From: Candidatus Bathyarchaeota archaeon
GTDB taxonomy: Archaea; Thermoproteota; CALKCG01; B24; DRYS01
Assembly: GCA_018396535.1 (NCBI GenBank)
Contig: JAGTQC010000001.1
Location: 224,827-288,826, forward strand
DNA length: 64,000 nucleotides
Direction of reading: 5' to 3'
Shown here: positions 41,679 through 52,165 of the stretch, in pieces
Layout of the letters: the number at the start of each line of letters is the position of its first letter
Numbering within the stretch: position 1 is the first letter of the stretch
Notes under the pieces: generated by a model
Told to the model about the DNA's origin: nothing
Databases searched by the model: none
Seen by the model: only the letters and a program-made list of their open reading frames with translations
Position numbers and translations under genes: made by a program

Positions 41679-44195
41679 TTAAAGCTTCAATCTTAACGTC
41701 TTAATCTCGAACGGATTCATAGGTATTCTTAAAATTTTACCATCGATTCTATACCTCCTAGGCTCTACATATCGATCCCATTCTACCATATCCGTTTCGT
41801 GTACATCTCTAGGTTCGAACCATAGATTCAACGTAGCTTCACATACCCTACCCTCGGATTCGAATAACCTTACTATTATATCGCCGTTATCCTCAGATCT
41901 CTTCACAGCTGTTACAACAACATTACTAGGATAAACCTCCATGAAACAGTATTTAGACGGTAAGTCACCGATACTCTTCTCGATAATTAACGGTATAAGA
42001 GGATTGTTAAACTCCATACCTAATCTTGTAGGATTTAAAGCTCTCCATCCGCCTCTATGAGGATATAAAGCGTACCTAAGCCTATGTTCACCAACCCATG
42101 GCTTAGATGATCTATCTGTCCAATCAAGTGGGAAAAGTGGTCTAGCTCTATTAGCAGCTCTAAGGAAGCTTATCCATATGGTTCCACCATCATAAGAGAA
42201 TCCATATCTACCATCGTTAACTATAGTAAAGCCTATAACTCCATCTGGATCTGATAAATCAACCCATGTATGTGCTGAAACTTCGAATTTAAGCATATCA
42301 GCATCCTCCCAACCTCTAGGTGGAAATTCTAGATTTACACCTGGATTCTCCCTGAATACATGGGTATACCTCTGTATGACACCGTATGCTATCTCATAGG
42401 TAGCATATGGAGCTTTAAAGCTTGGTGAGAATCCTATCTTAGCAAACCTATACTCTTCATCCCAGTATGCTCTAATTTCAAAATCAACCCTTTGAGTATA
42501 GGCGTACAGCGATACATACAGCGTGAACAATGATCTACCGAAGGATTTACGTATCCTAACTCTAGCTCTAACAGGACCAGATTCTATAATTTCGATAGAT
42601 AGCAATCTAGGCTTATCACTCGAGCCAAGGTATATATTCCATGCAGGTTCTCCTAGAGGAGCATTTGGAGGCTTATCTACGAACAGCTCTAGGAAATTCC
42701 CACCTTTAGATCTATCTATAAGCTCTAATCCATTAATCTTATCGTATATACTAGATACACAGCCTGTATATGGGTCAACGACTACCTTTATGAAGCTATT
42801 CTCCATAGTGAAACCTTCAATCTTCAGATCCGTATCCATGTATGCATCTATAAAATCAATTATATCATAAACTCTATATCCTAAGCCAGGTACACCTCTA
42901 GCTATGAACATTAATCTTCCACTCTCTACATCACGCTGTATAGGTACGAGATTCCCATCTGAATCTACTATCGAAACATCATCTAAACCATCAACTTCGA
43001 CTATATCCGTCCTAGGCCATGGTAAAGGATTGAATACTATCAAAGGCTTTCTAGCTTTAGACGTATCTATCCTTGATGCTATATTGTTTAAAGCTTTAGA
43101 TAATAGGCATGAACCTCTACGCATTATATGCATATAATCAAGTACCCCATCTTGATAAGCCTGCTCTATAGATGTACCATCTAGATTATCGTGAACCTGG
43201 TTTAACAATAATAGCTCCCATAGATTCCTAATATCATCATATGGATAGCTATATCCAAGGGTATAGGCTATAGACGAGAATTTCTCCAGATTTAATAGTA
43301 GATTCTCGCATCTTCTATTCCATACCTTAACTATAGCTTCAGTTGTATAAGTACCCCTATGGGTTTTAACGTAAAGCTCATCATTTACTATAGGTATGGA
43401 GACCCCTCTAGATACGATACGCTCTAACTCATCAAAGAAATCTTCAGCTTTAGAGAATTTTAAATCGAAAACCCTCCTTCTAGATATATCTAGAACTTTA
43501 ACTACCATATCCTCTGCAGGTCCTCCACCATGATCGCCACGACCATACACATACATAATTATATCAAGCCCATGTTTAGACTTCATAACATCTAGATAAT
43601 TCGATATTTTAGATTCGCTTACATCCTCGTTATAACTTCCAATCGTATGGTATGCTAAAACAACGCTACCATCTGGAGATCTCCACCAGAATACGTGATA
43701 TGGGAATGGTATTGGAGGATTATTCCTTTCAACCTGCCATTTAAGCTTATGAGTCATGAAAAATCTTAAACCCGATTTCCTCAATATCTGTGGTAGAGTC
43801 CAAGGAAATCCGAAGCTATCTGGAAGCCATGCTATAGATACATCAATACCGAACCTATCCATGAAATATCTTTTACCATATAGATATTGCCTAACCAGAG
43901 ATTCACCAGATACTAGGAGGGGGCTATACTCATCCCATGAGCCGCCTACAATCTCCCATAAACCACGCTTAACAAGATCTTTTATCCTATCAAAAAGTTC
44001 GGGATAATACTCCTCAACCCACTTATAAATTTGAGCAGTACTCTGACTAAATACTATACCATACCTTTCAGCCAGATCTATCACACTTCGGAATGTTCTA
44101 GGTATTATATCAAGGATGGTTTCTGCTCTAGTCCAAAGCCAAGATAAATCTATATGAGCATGACCAACCATGAACACCCTGCCCTTCAAAGCCAT
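41679..44195 (-). CDS. Alpha-mannosidase, GH38
   Basis: HAHIDLSWLW, WLPDSFG, GDHGGGP, HRGTYT, NQVHD. Confidence 0.93.
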   Translation of the reverse strand: MALKGRVFMVGHAHIDLSWLWTRAETILDIIPRTFRSVIDLAERYGIVFSQSTAQIYKWVEEYYPELFDRIKDLVKRGLWEIVGGSWDEYSPLLVSGESLVRQYLYGKRYFMDRFGIDVSIAWLPDSFGFPWTLPQILRKSGLRFFMTHKLKWQVERNNPPIPFPYHVFWWRSPDGSVVLAYHTIGSYNEDVSESKISNYLDVMKSKHGLDIIMYVYGRGDHGGGPAEDMVVKVLDISRRRVFDLKFSKAEDFFDELERIVSRGVSIPIVNDELYVKTHRGTYTTEAIVKVWNRRCENLLLNLEKFSSIAYTLGYSYPYDDIRNLWELLLLNQVHDNLDGTSIEQAYQDGVLDYMHIMRRGSCLLSKALNNIASRIDTSKARKPLIVFNPLPWPRTDIVEVDGLDDVSIVDSDGNLVPIQRDVESGRLMFIARGVPGLGYRVYDIIDFIDAYMDTDLKIEGFTMENSFIKVVVDPYTGCVSSIYDKINGLELIDRSKGGNFLELFVDKPPNAPLGEPAWNIYLGSSDKPRLLSIEIIESGPVRARVRIRKSFGRSLFTLYVSLYAYTQRVDFEIRAYWDEEYRFAKIGFSPSFKAPYATYEIAYGVIQRYTHVFRENPGVNLEFPPRGWEDADMLKFEVSAHTWVDLSDPDGVIGFTIVNDGRYGFSYDGGTIWISFLRAANRARPLFPLDWTDRSSKPWVGEHRLRYALYPHRGGWRALNPTRLGMEFNNPLIPLIIEKSIGDLPSKYCFMEVYPSNVVVTAVKRSEDNGDIIVRLFESEGRVCEATLNLWFEPRDVHETDMVEWDRYVEPRRYRIDGKILRIPMNPFEIKTLRLKL

Positions 44196-44351
44196 CTATA
44201 CCTCTGAAATTGGGTTAGGTTAATTGGAATATTGAAATAGGCAACTAGATAATACTAACCTACATAACATATCTATAACTGTTAGGTTTAACATAACCCC
44301 TTATTCTACTGAAGTATAAAGAGAAAAAGATGGAGAGATATGGATGGAATT

Positions 44352-46460
44352 CTACATAGCAGATAGGGTTGAAGCGAAGTGATAGAGGGCACCAAGTATC
44401 ACAGCAATACCGACAGCAGCAGTCATACCTATAGCGAACGGCATTAAGAGATCATCGTATAATTTAGTACCACCTATTCTTAATATGATTAACTTAACTA
44501 TGTAAGCTATTATAGCTGGGAATACCATATTGACGATTATCCAGCCGAAACCCATAGCTACACCTCCAGGACTTAACGGAAACCATGGATACTTAGCGTG
44601 CAAAGCGTAGACAACTGATATTATGACAAGTCCTATAGCGAACTGTATCCACTGAGCTCCTACTGGTGGAGCGAATCTCCAGTATACTCCAACCTCAGTC
44701 CTACATGTATATGTTGGAGCCCTCTGCTGATAGTTGTTAGGTGCACCAGTATAATTAAACGCGGCTAGATTCAACGCTCCGAAGTTACACCACATAGGTA
44801 GAAGTGTGAATATCGAAGTTATAACGCCTACTATAACTGCTATAACAGCTCCTATAAATATGTATCGTGAATGCACACCTTCAATAGAAGCTACCTTATA
44901 GGATTGTAGCAGTGAAGCTGTAGGAGCGGCTCTTATAAATGTGCTATACCATGGATAATCTCCTCTAAGAACTATAAATCTTTCTTTGACATCTCTTATG
45001 AAGAATGGGGAGGCTGTATCCGCTACCCACCATAACCTCATGGAGTTATCCCATATATGAGCCCACATATTATCGTTAAATGGATCTAATACTAGACCAA
45101 ATTCTCCTGCAACTTTAGCTCTAGCTACACCATAGTATAGACCGTTCAATATATACCATATGAAACCGAATACTATCGGTAGATACCCGAGGCTTGCATA
45201 CCACCACGATATCACATATATGAGAGCGCATACTATGAAACCTATAAACATGTAGGTGTATCTCATAGGTTCCTTAGCTTCCACTTCTCTTGGAGCTTTA
45301 CCTATTATAGCCTTCAGTGTATTAAGAAGCTCCGATCTAAAAGCTACGAATACAGGATAGAATATGAAACCAAACCCAACCCCAAAGGAGAGCCATGTTA
45401 TAGATCCCCATGTGTAAACCCATTTCTGCATATTGGGACCAGTCCACTCATAATATACATCCTCCAATATGGAGCCCTCGGTTATACCACTAGTACCTGC
45501 ACTTTGAGGCTCCCAGTATCCTAGCCAAGACATTATAGGCCACCAAATCCAATGGACTATTATAGCCGTTACGATATAGCTGAATAGTGTTTTCAAAGGT
45601 ACTAAAAGGGCTGCACCTATCCAGAATGCTTCGAAGTTAAAGGATAGAGGGGCAAGAGGTATTATAACGTATGGTGTAAGATCTATAGCCATACCGCCAT
45701 ACTCTCTAAGTTGCGCCATACCGAGTACGGGTAAGGTCCAACCCCAGTATGGCATTATAGCTAGGAACCCTACTAGTAATCCCAGCCACAACCATACGTT
45801 CTGAAATAGCCTAGTCCTGCCATCAACTTTCTCATAAGCCATATCTATAAGCTTAGCTGCAGCAGTAGCATGCGGGAATGGCAAAGCTTCTACATCAACC
45901 CACTGCCTCCTCCATAGGGATAGCATGAAAGCATAGCCTAAATAGTATGGTATAAGTCTAGCGATATGGAGTAGTAGAGCTGGCATCCACTCAGCCCACG
46001 GTACAGGCCCACCATACATCCAAGACTCCCAAAGCTTATCGTTGAACGGGTCAGGACCCCACTGCCACGCTATAACTTTACCATAATTTAGATTCCATAG
46101 ATGGAAGCCAGGTATCTGACGAGCAGTACCCATCATTAATACAACCTGGTTAACACCATAGTGCGTCGGAAGCATCCATGAAATCCATACCATAGCCATG
46201 ATTACTACTAACTCATGCTTCGTAAGCCCGAACCTGGATAATAACGTTGCTAAAGCAGCTAAGACTAGAGGCCAGAATAGTACAAAGGATATATCCCCGA
46301 TCCAGTTATGATCCCATGCACCTGATGTAAGACCCCAGAGGCATCCACCATTGGTGAATAATGATATAAAGCCTATGAAAATCGTTATCAGCACTGTGAG
46401 AATCGCCCCGATTACGTAAGCTGTGGGACGGATTAAAACTTCGACGGATTTCTCCGACAT
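44352..46460 (-). CDS. Large polytopic membrane protein, OPT-like (DUF6785/DUF6784 type)
   Basis: About 16 TM segments; PVPWAEW, WRRQWVDVEALPFP, YPWFPLSPGG, LRIGGTKLY. Confidence 0.7.
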   Translation of the reverse strand: MSEKSVEVLIRPTAYVIGAILTVLITIFIGFISLFTNGGCLWGLTSGAWDHNWIGDISFVLFWPLVLAALATLLSRFGLTKHELVVIMAMVWISWMLPTHYGVNQVVLMMGTARQIPGFHLWNLNYGKVIAWQWGPDPFNDKLWESWMYGGPVPWAEWMPALLLHIARLIPYYLGYAFMLSLWRRQWVDVEALPFPHATAAAKLIDMAYEKVDGRTRLFQNVWLWLGLLVGFLAIMPYWGWTLPVLGMAQLREYGGMAIDLTPYVIIPLAPLSFNFEAFWIGAALLVPLKTLFSYIVTAIIVHWIWWPIMSWLGYWEPQSAGTSGITEGSILEDVYYEWTGPNMQKWVYTWGSITWLSFGVGFGFIFYPVFVAFRSELLNTLKAIIGKAPREVEAKEPMRYTYMFIGFIVCALIYVISWWYASLGYLPIVFGFIWYILNGLYYGVARAKVAGEFGLVLDPFNDNMWAHIWDNSMRLWWVADTASPFFIRDVKERFIVLRGDYPWYSTFIRAAPTASLLQSYKVASIEGVHSRYIFIGAVIAVIVGVITSIFTLLPMWCNFGALNLAAFNYTGAPNNYQQRAPTYTCRTEVGVYWRFAPPVGAQWIQFAIGLVIISVVYALHAKYPWFPLSPGGVAMGFGWIIVNMVFPAIIAYIVKLIILRIGGTKLYDDLLMPFAIGMTAAVGIAVILGALYHFASTLSAM

Positions 46461-46802
46461 CCCAGTAGATGAGTATATACTTAGGATTATTTAAGATTTA
46501 ACACGATATCCATACCGAGATTAACGACCGATACCTATATCGATCTTTAACCTAAACCTCTTTCGAAACACCTCCTATATGGAGAATGCCCTTTCTGTAT
46601 AAACGAAGAGAAGGTACTAACAGCTATTCTAGCATCTCTAAGATTGAATAAGCCAGCTAGTAATTCTACATCCTTAGGTATAGGGTATATATCGGTGAAT
46701 GCCATCGAAGACGTTGGTATGCGATAGGGAACGCTATATACCAAGACTATACACTTCGATGAGTATATGAGAGCTATAACTCTAGTATTTCTGAGACTTC
46801 AT

Positions 46803-47825
46803 CTAGGCTAGCTTCTCCCCACAGTTTAAACAGTATCTCGCTCCAGGAGGATACTCGCTTCCACACTTAGGACATTTCCCAGTAGATTGCTGTAAAGGAC
46901 CCCCACAGTTTATACAGAATTTAGCTCCTACAGGATTTGTAGTACCGCATTTAGGGCATACCTGTCCAGGTTGCATAGAGGAGCCACAGTTCATACAGAA
47001 TCTAGCTGTTTGCGGATTCTGGAATCCGCATCTAGGACATTGTATCATAGGCTGGGTTTGAGCCTGCTGGAATAGGGGTGGTATTACAGCTATACCTGCT
47101 CCGACTGCTGCACCTGGGCTTTGAGATAGGCTCTCAGCAGCTTTCTGCACAGTCTGCATCCTTAAGACTTCACCCGCAGCTACACCAGTCCTTAGAAAGA
47201 ATAATCTATCCCTCCACTCTGGGGTTGTATCTATACCCTCAAATTTAACATCTATAAGCTCTAATCCTATCCTTCTGAAGGCTTCGTATAGTATACTCCT
47301 AACTAGGATGCTTGTCTCATCGAGCTTACCATAGACTTCTACTAGTGAATATTGACTCAGAGTATCTATAAGCTTCTCATTGAAGTATCCTCTAAGGAAT
47401 TCTTGAAGCCTATCCGTAGTATATATGTTCTGTCCTCCGATAACTTCGTTAACGAATAGGTTAGGCTCTTCTACTCTAAACCAAAAGCTTCCGTAGAATT
47501 TGAGTGGCGCAAGCTCCTTAGTCTGGCCTTGGGCTCCGAATCTACCTTGGAATTGTTTAAGCGAAACGAATACGATAGCTGCTCTGAATGGTGTTTTATC
47601 GAATCCTGCTATCCTAGATAATATACTCGTAAGTAGTGGTAGATTCGCTGTAGTGATTACATGTCTTCCAGCTCTGAAAACATCGTAAGCCTTTCCATCC
47701 CTAAAGAAGACTGCAGCCTCATACTCATGAACTATAAGGTTATCACCCCAAGCTACCTCCTCTCTAGGATATCTCCAGACTATATCGCTTTCCCTAGCTC
47801 CTACCCATTCGATAACCTTAGGCAT
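46803..47825 (-). CDS. SPFH (Band7-like, YdjI-type) protein with three C-terminal zinc ribbons
   Basis: IVWRYP, LIVHEYEAAVFFRDGK, TANLPLL; 3x CxxCG-x9-CxxCG. Confidence 0.88.
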   Translation of the reverse strand: MPKVIEWVGARESDIVWRYPREEVAWGDNLIVHEYEAAVFFRDGKAYDVFRAGRHVITTANLPLLTSILSRIAGFDKTPFRAAIVFVSLKQFQGRFGAQGQTKELAPLKFYGSFWFRVEEPNLFVNEVIGGQNIYTTDRLQEFLRGYFNEKLIDTLSQYSLVEVYGKLDETSILVRSILYEAFRRIGLELIDVKFEGIDTTPEWRDRLFFLRTGVAAGEVLRMQTVQKAAESLSQSPGAAVGAGIAVIPPLFQQAQTQPMIQCPRCGFQNPQTARFCMNCGSSMQPGQVCPKCGTTNPVGAKFCINCGGPLQQSTGKCPKCGSEYPPGARYCLNCGEKLA

Positions 47826-47831
47826 ACTAGC

Positions 47832-48362
47832 CTACAACCTCCTGAGTATATCGATCCTCCTATCTATAAGGGAGTCTAGCTCATCTATCCTAGATATGAG
47901 CTCATCTACCATCCTCCCATAATCATCGCTTCCAGGATCTAGTGGAGCTAGAGATCGGATACTAGATCTGATAGATTCAGCCTTCTCTATCAAACCTAGA
48001 TCGTATTCGATTAGAGATTCAAGCTTATCCTCCCTAACCTTCACAGCATCGAATACACCCGCATACCCAGCTACAGCTCTATCTATACGCTGAGTAACCC
48101 TATCAAGACGGGAGGATAGTATATCGATCCTCCATAAGCTACCGCTAGGGATTCTAGCAGCTATATTCGGATTTGATAAACTCCTCCTTAAGATATCTTT
48201 AGCCTCTCTTAACATTGATACAGCCTCCATCCTAACAAGTCTATCACTCTCCCTCCTAACCTCCTTCTCCTTATAACCTCGATAACCTGGTATATAGCTT
48301 ATGATCCTCTCTATAAGACCCATCTCCTTCTTAACCTTATCTATACGATCCTCTACACCCAC
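47832..48362 (-). CDS. Conserved all-helical hypothetical protein
   Basis: IPGYRGYKEKEVRRESDRLVR, AGYAGVFDAVKV; amphipathic helices. Confidence 0.8.
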   Translation of the reverse strand: MGVEDRIDKVKKEMGLIERIISYIPGYRGYKEKEVRRESDRLVRMEAVSMLREAKDILRRSLSNPNIAARIPSGSLWRIDILSSRLDRVTQRIDRAVAGYAGVFDAVKVREDKLESLIEYDLGLIEKAESIRSSIRSLAPLDPGSDDYGRMVDELISRIDELDSLIDRRIDILRRL

Positions 48363-48706
48363 CTCATCCTCCCCCTATAGGTTGAGAAGCCTATTATAGC
48401 GAGGACTATGAGTAGTAAGCCTAGAATCGTTAGCGGATGTACTAATGGGTATAACGCAGATGATAGAGCTAAAGCTAACATGAATAAGCCCCAACATATA
48501 TGGAAGAATCTATCTCTATTAAACCATAACCCATAGAAGATCGTGTACACGCCGAGAGGGCCTAGAATCCATGATACAATATCTACTATATCAAAGGATA
48601 GTATACCTATACTGTATACTATGGACGCCACTCCTATAGAGGATGCAAGGATTAGGAGAGCCCCGATCTTATACTCTAACTCCTTAGATTCAGTTTTCAC
48701 AATCAT
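48353..48706 (-). CDS. Small 4-TM hypothetical protein
   Basis: 117 aa, hydrophobic; overlaps the next gene by 10 nt. Confidence 0.75.
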   Translation of the reverse strand: MIVKTESKELEYKIGALLILASSIGVASIVYSIGILSFDIVDIVSWILGPLGVYTIFYGLWFNRDRFFHICWGLFMLALALSSALYPLVHPLTILGLLLIVLAIIGFSTYRGRMRWV

Positions 48707-48730
48707 ACAACTGATAGATAGGTATGCTTA

Positions 48731-48760
48731 CTATATAAATTGTTTGTAATCTTTAAATCT
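48731..48760. promoter_or_regulatory. Bidirectional promoter (two TATA boxes)
   Basis: TTTATATA on minus (48739-48732) and TTTAAA on plus (48752-48757), each about 26-30 nt from the divergent starts. Confidence 0.55.
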
Positions 48761-48785
48761 CTACTAGCTAGGATGTAGAGTATGA

Positions 48786-49418
48786 GTGATACAGGATTTG
48801 CCGATCCTAGATGGGTTTGCTAGAAAGCTTACACCACCTAAGATTAGTTTAACGTTGAAATTCGATAAAGACTACTATACACTCGGAGAGAATATAGAAG
48901 GCGAGTTAAACCTATACTCAGATGAGGATGTAGATGTAGATGAGGTTAGATGCGAACTTCTATGCGTAGAATCGGTTAAAACCGTAAAGTATGTCGGAGC
49001 TACGATACCATCCAGATCTGGAAGGATAGAGCCATCCGTAATGGTTCCGAGAGAGACATGGGAATCCGCAATCCTCTACTCTACCAAAGCTATACTAAGC
49101 GGTCCTACGCATATAGCTAGAGGATCCATGGAGAAGTATAGATTCAAGATAGGTATACCTATAACTCTGAAACCGACTTATAAAAGCGTGGATAGGAAGA
49201 TTGTATGGACGATTAAAGGTGTGGTAGCAGTTAAAGGTAGACCAGATGCGAAGAGTAGTACTGTAGAATTACAGATAGCTCAACCAACCGTCCAACCTAC
49301 CATCAGAGAGAGGGAGGTAGTAAGAGAGATAGTAGTAGCTCCATGCAGATACTGCGGAACCCTCTTCCCTATAACAGAGACTACATGCCCTAACTGCGGC
49401 GCTAAGAGAACTGGTTGA
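48786..49418 (+). CDS. Arrestin/SpoOM-like fold protein with C-terminal zinc ribbon
   Basis: YTLGENIEGELNL...VDEVRCEL...YRFKIGIPITLKPTYKS...IVWTIKGVV...GRPD; CRYCG...CPNCG. Confidence 0.7.
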   Translation: MIQDLPILDGFARKLTPPKISLTLKFDKDYYTLGENIEGELNLYSDEDVDVDEVRCELLCVESVKTVKYVGATIPSRSGRIEPSVMVPRETWESAILYSTKAILSGPTHIARGSMEKYRFKIGIPITLKPTYKSVDRKIVWTIKGVVAVKGRPDAKSSTVELQIAQPTVQPTIREREVVREIVVAPCRYCGTLFPITETTCPNCGAKRTG

Positions 49419-49473
49419 ATCCATCCCAGATCAGCTAAATCTAGTTTAGATAAAGGCTAAGCTAGATATACTA

Positions 49474-50019
49474 ATGGGAGTAGAGGCTATGAATAGTCTA
49501 ACAACTACACGAATACTAGGAGTTATCGGGTTAGCTATAATCCTAGTATCCTTCATAATACCATGGGCTACTTTTAGATTCGAGTATCTAAACGTAGAGT
49601 ATACGCTGATAGATCTGTTAACGTTGATACTTAACCCTAACCCAGTAGAGGTTGGGGGGTTTAAAGCTAGGCTTATAATATCGATATACGCTTTAGCTAA
49701 TCCTGAAGCTGTAGATGCTGTATTAGCTTTCAAGATGCATGTAACCCTATCCTTTCTATCGCTAATTCTAGGAGTATTATCGGTTATACTGGATATGAGG
49801 AGGGGCTATGTCTCAAACCTTGTATGCATAATATTATCATCTACGTTATTCGTATACTCTATACTTAGATTATATGGGAATATACCTCCAACCATAGCGT
49901 TGATAGGGTACTCCTACGAGCTTGGGGTATTCGTTTATACAGCGAATTCTATAATCTACGTAGCTTGCATACTAGTACCTAGAGCTGAGGTATTAGCGGA
50001 GGAGGCTATGGAGGTGTAG
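49474..50019 (+). CDS. Hypothetical 4-TM membrane protein
   Basis: SFIIPW after TM1, four hydrophobic segments. Confidence 0.7.
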   Translation: MGVEAMNSLTTTRILGVIGLAIILVSFIIPWATFRFEYLNVEYTLIDLLTLILNPNPVEVGGFKARLIISIYALANPEAVDAVLAFKMHVTLSFLSLILGVLSVILDMRRGYVSNLVCIILSSTLFVYSILRLYGNIPPTIALIGYSYELGVFVYTANSIIYVACILVPRAEVLAEEAMEV

Positions 50020-51070
50020 CTTCAGATAGAAGCCTATCTAGATCCAGCCCTAATTCTACGATAGTCCTCCTTATCCTAGCCCATACCTCATCCTCTACCG
50101 GTACACCTGTTTTAAGCTTCTCCTCCCTAGACCTATACTCTAGCTCCCCAGGTACTAGGACTTCTAGAAAGCCTTCAGCTGGAGGCGTAGATTTCATAGC
50201 TTCGATATACTTCGATACATCGTTTACGAATACATCCCTACCTACGAATACTGATGGATCTAGAGCTATTAGTAGGATGCTATTCATACCCTTATAGCAT
50301 CCACTACAGGGAAACCCTGCTCCTACAAGTATACCTGAAAGTATCTCTACAGCCATAGCTAGAGCATAACCCTTATAACCTCCGAACGGTAGTAAAGCTC
50401 CACCCCTCTCGTAGAAATCTGATGGATCCATAGATAGCCTACCCTGAGCATCTACTATCCAAGCTTCAGGTGTAGGTTCACGTGATAGATACTTTAACCT
50501 AAGCTTCCCCTCAGCTACTATAGATGTAGCATAGTCTAGTAGGAATGGGAATCTACTACTCGGAGCAGCTATGGATATAGGAGCTGTAGATAGCCTCCTA
50601 CCCCGTCCACCATATGGGGCAACCGAAGCTCTATAAGTCGTACAGAAGCCTAGACCAACCATACCATTCTCAGCTATATATAGAGTATACTCTCCAAGCC
50701 TACCTATATGCCCAGTATTCACAACTGCTACGGCGGATATACCGTGGGATAAGGCTTTAGATACAGCTATCTCAGAAGCTCTCCTACCAGCAACCTGCCC
50801 GAATCCTCCACCCCCATCGATTATAGCTGTAGTAGACGTCTCCCTAACGATCTCTACTCTAGCACCAGGCTTTATCAACCCCTCCCTTACATGCTCGACA
50901 TAGTATGGTATACGCATAACACCATGCGAATGTACGCCAGCTAGATCTGCTTCTACTAGAGATGAGGAGACTATCTCAGCTTCATATCTAGGTGAGCCTA
51001 CAGCTTCGAATACCGCTATACCTATATTCAATAGTGTAGAAGCTTTTATGGTAGGCATACCGAAAACCAT
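50006..51070 (-). CDS. Ldh_2 family (malate/L-lactate/ureidoglycolate/sulfolactate) dehydrogenase
   Basis: ADLAGVHSHG, DGGGGFGQ, HIGRLG, GGYKG, VLVPGE. Confidence 0.9.
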   Translation of the reverse strand: MVFGMPTIKASTLLNIGIAVFEAVGSPRYEAEIVSSSLVEADLAGVHSHGVMRIPYYVEHVREGLIKPGARVEIVRETSTTAIIDGGGGFGQVAGRRASEIAVSKALSHGISAVAVVNTGHIGRLGEYTLYIAENGMVGLGFCTTYRASVAPYGGRGRRLSTAPISIAAPSSRFPFLLDYATSIVAEGKLRLKYLSREPTPEAWIVDAQGRLSMDPSDFYERGGALLPFGGYKGYALAMAVEILSGILVGAGFPCSGCYKGMNSILLIALDPSVFVGRDVFVNDVSKYIEAMKSTPPAEGFLEVLVPGELEYRSREEKLKTGVPVEDEVWARIRRTIVELGLDLDRLLSEATPP

Positions 51071-51096
51071 CTAGATGGATCTATAAGGTATTAAGT

Positions 51097-51984
51097 TTAC
51101 CCCACCCATAGATCTACACCTTCATCGAATCTAGAAGCTTCACCCTCCCTCTCCAAATCCTCTAGGATACATCCTATCGTGATAGGCTGTGATACACCTA
51201 TACGTTCATAGATCTCCCTAGGATTCATAGGCTTCCCAGATTCTCTAAGTATATCTAGAACTAGGCTTCTAAGCTTCTCGATAGCTTCAAGACTCTCTTT
51301 GATAAAATCCCTAACCTCCCAGCTTCTAAGTATAGCTCTACCATATGGTGGGAACGGATGCCCTAATACCAGTATATCTATATGCTCCTTCGAAAACTTA
51401 TCTAGGGATTCCATATAGTCTATAGAGCTATGGAAGAGTAGAGGTCTATTCCCACCATAGCCTTGGATAGAATCCCCAGATATATAGATACCCTTATCCT
51501 CATATACTATACATGATGAGCAGGGTGAATGTCCAGGAGTATGGATAATCCTAAGTCTAACACTACCGGTATCGATTATATCGCTATCCTTGAAGACTAT
51601 ATCAGCTTCTACAGGTTTAAACCTAGGCTCTCCTATACCGTATAGTATCGGAAACCTCCTATTAAGCTGTATATCTAGGAGTAGAGGATCTTCTAGAAAC
51701 GGCTTCCCATACTCATGAACCCCAACCCTACATAAAACCTCCTCCCTAATCCTAGATACACCACCACAATGATCGAAGTGAGCGTGGGTGAGTATTATAT
51801 GGGATACATCCCTTATACCTAAACCTAGATCCCCTAGGTATGGGTAGATAGCTTGCTTCGGAGAATCTTCTAAACCAGTATCGACCAATACTATACCCCT
51901 ACCAGCTATTATACATGAGCTAACGAAGTATCCTGGACGAAGGAATGGACATTCAACAAGGTATACGTTATCAGATACCTTCAT
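51097..51984 (-). CDS. MBL-fold hydrolase (glyoxalase II-like) with C-terminal HTH
   Basis: THAHFDHCGG, HTPGHS, SGD, GH. Confidence 0.85.
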   Translation of the reverse strand: MKVSDNVYLVECPFLRPGYFVSSCIIAGRGIVLVDTGLEDSPKQAIYPYLGDLGLGIRDVSHIILTHAHFDHCGGVSRIREEVLCRVGVHEYGKPFLEDPLLLDIQLNRRFPILYGIGEPRFKPVEADIVFKDSDIIDTGSVRLRIIHTPGHSPCSSCIVYEDKGIYISGDSIQGYGGNRPLLFHSSIDYMESLDKFSKEHIDILVLGHPFPPYGRAILRSWEVRDFIKESLEAIEKLRSLVLDILRESGKPMNPREIYERIGVSQPITIGCILEDLEREGEASRFDEGVDLWVG

Positions 51985-52165
51985 CTAAGACACCTAGAAT
52001 CATGATATAGGTATCATAAGGGTATATATCGCTATCCCCCCTCCCTAGCTTCTCCATAATTTCAGCTATGGCTAAAACCCATACCCCATCCATAGATCTG
52101 CTTAAACACTACATAGCTAGCTATACCCTCTATATCCACTACCATTCAGGATCACCCCCCTCTAC

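Noticed and set aside
46547-46744. 65-aa ORF downstream of the SPFH gene as a sixth member of the locus
   Set aside because: No good start, upstream frame broken, no recognisable motif; at most a relic
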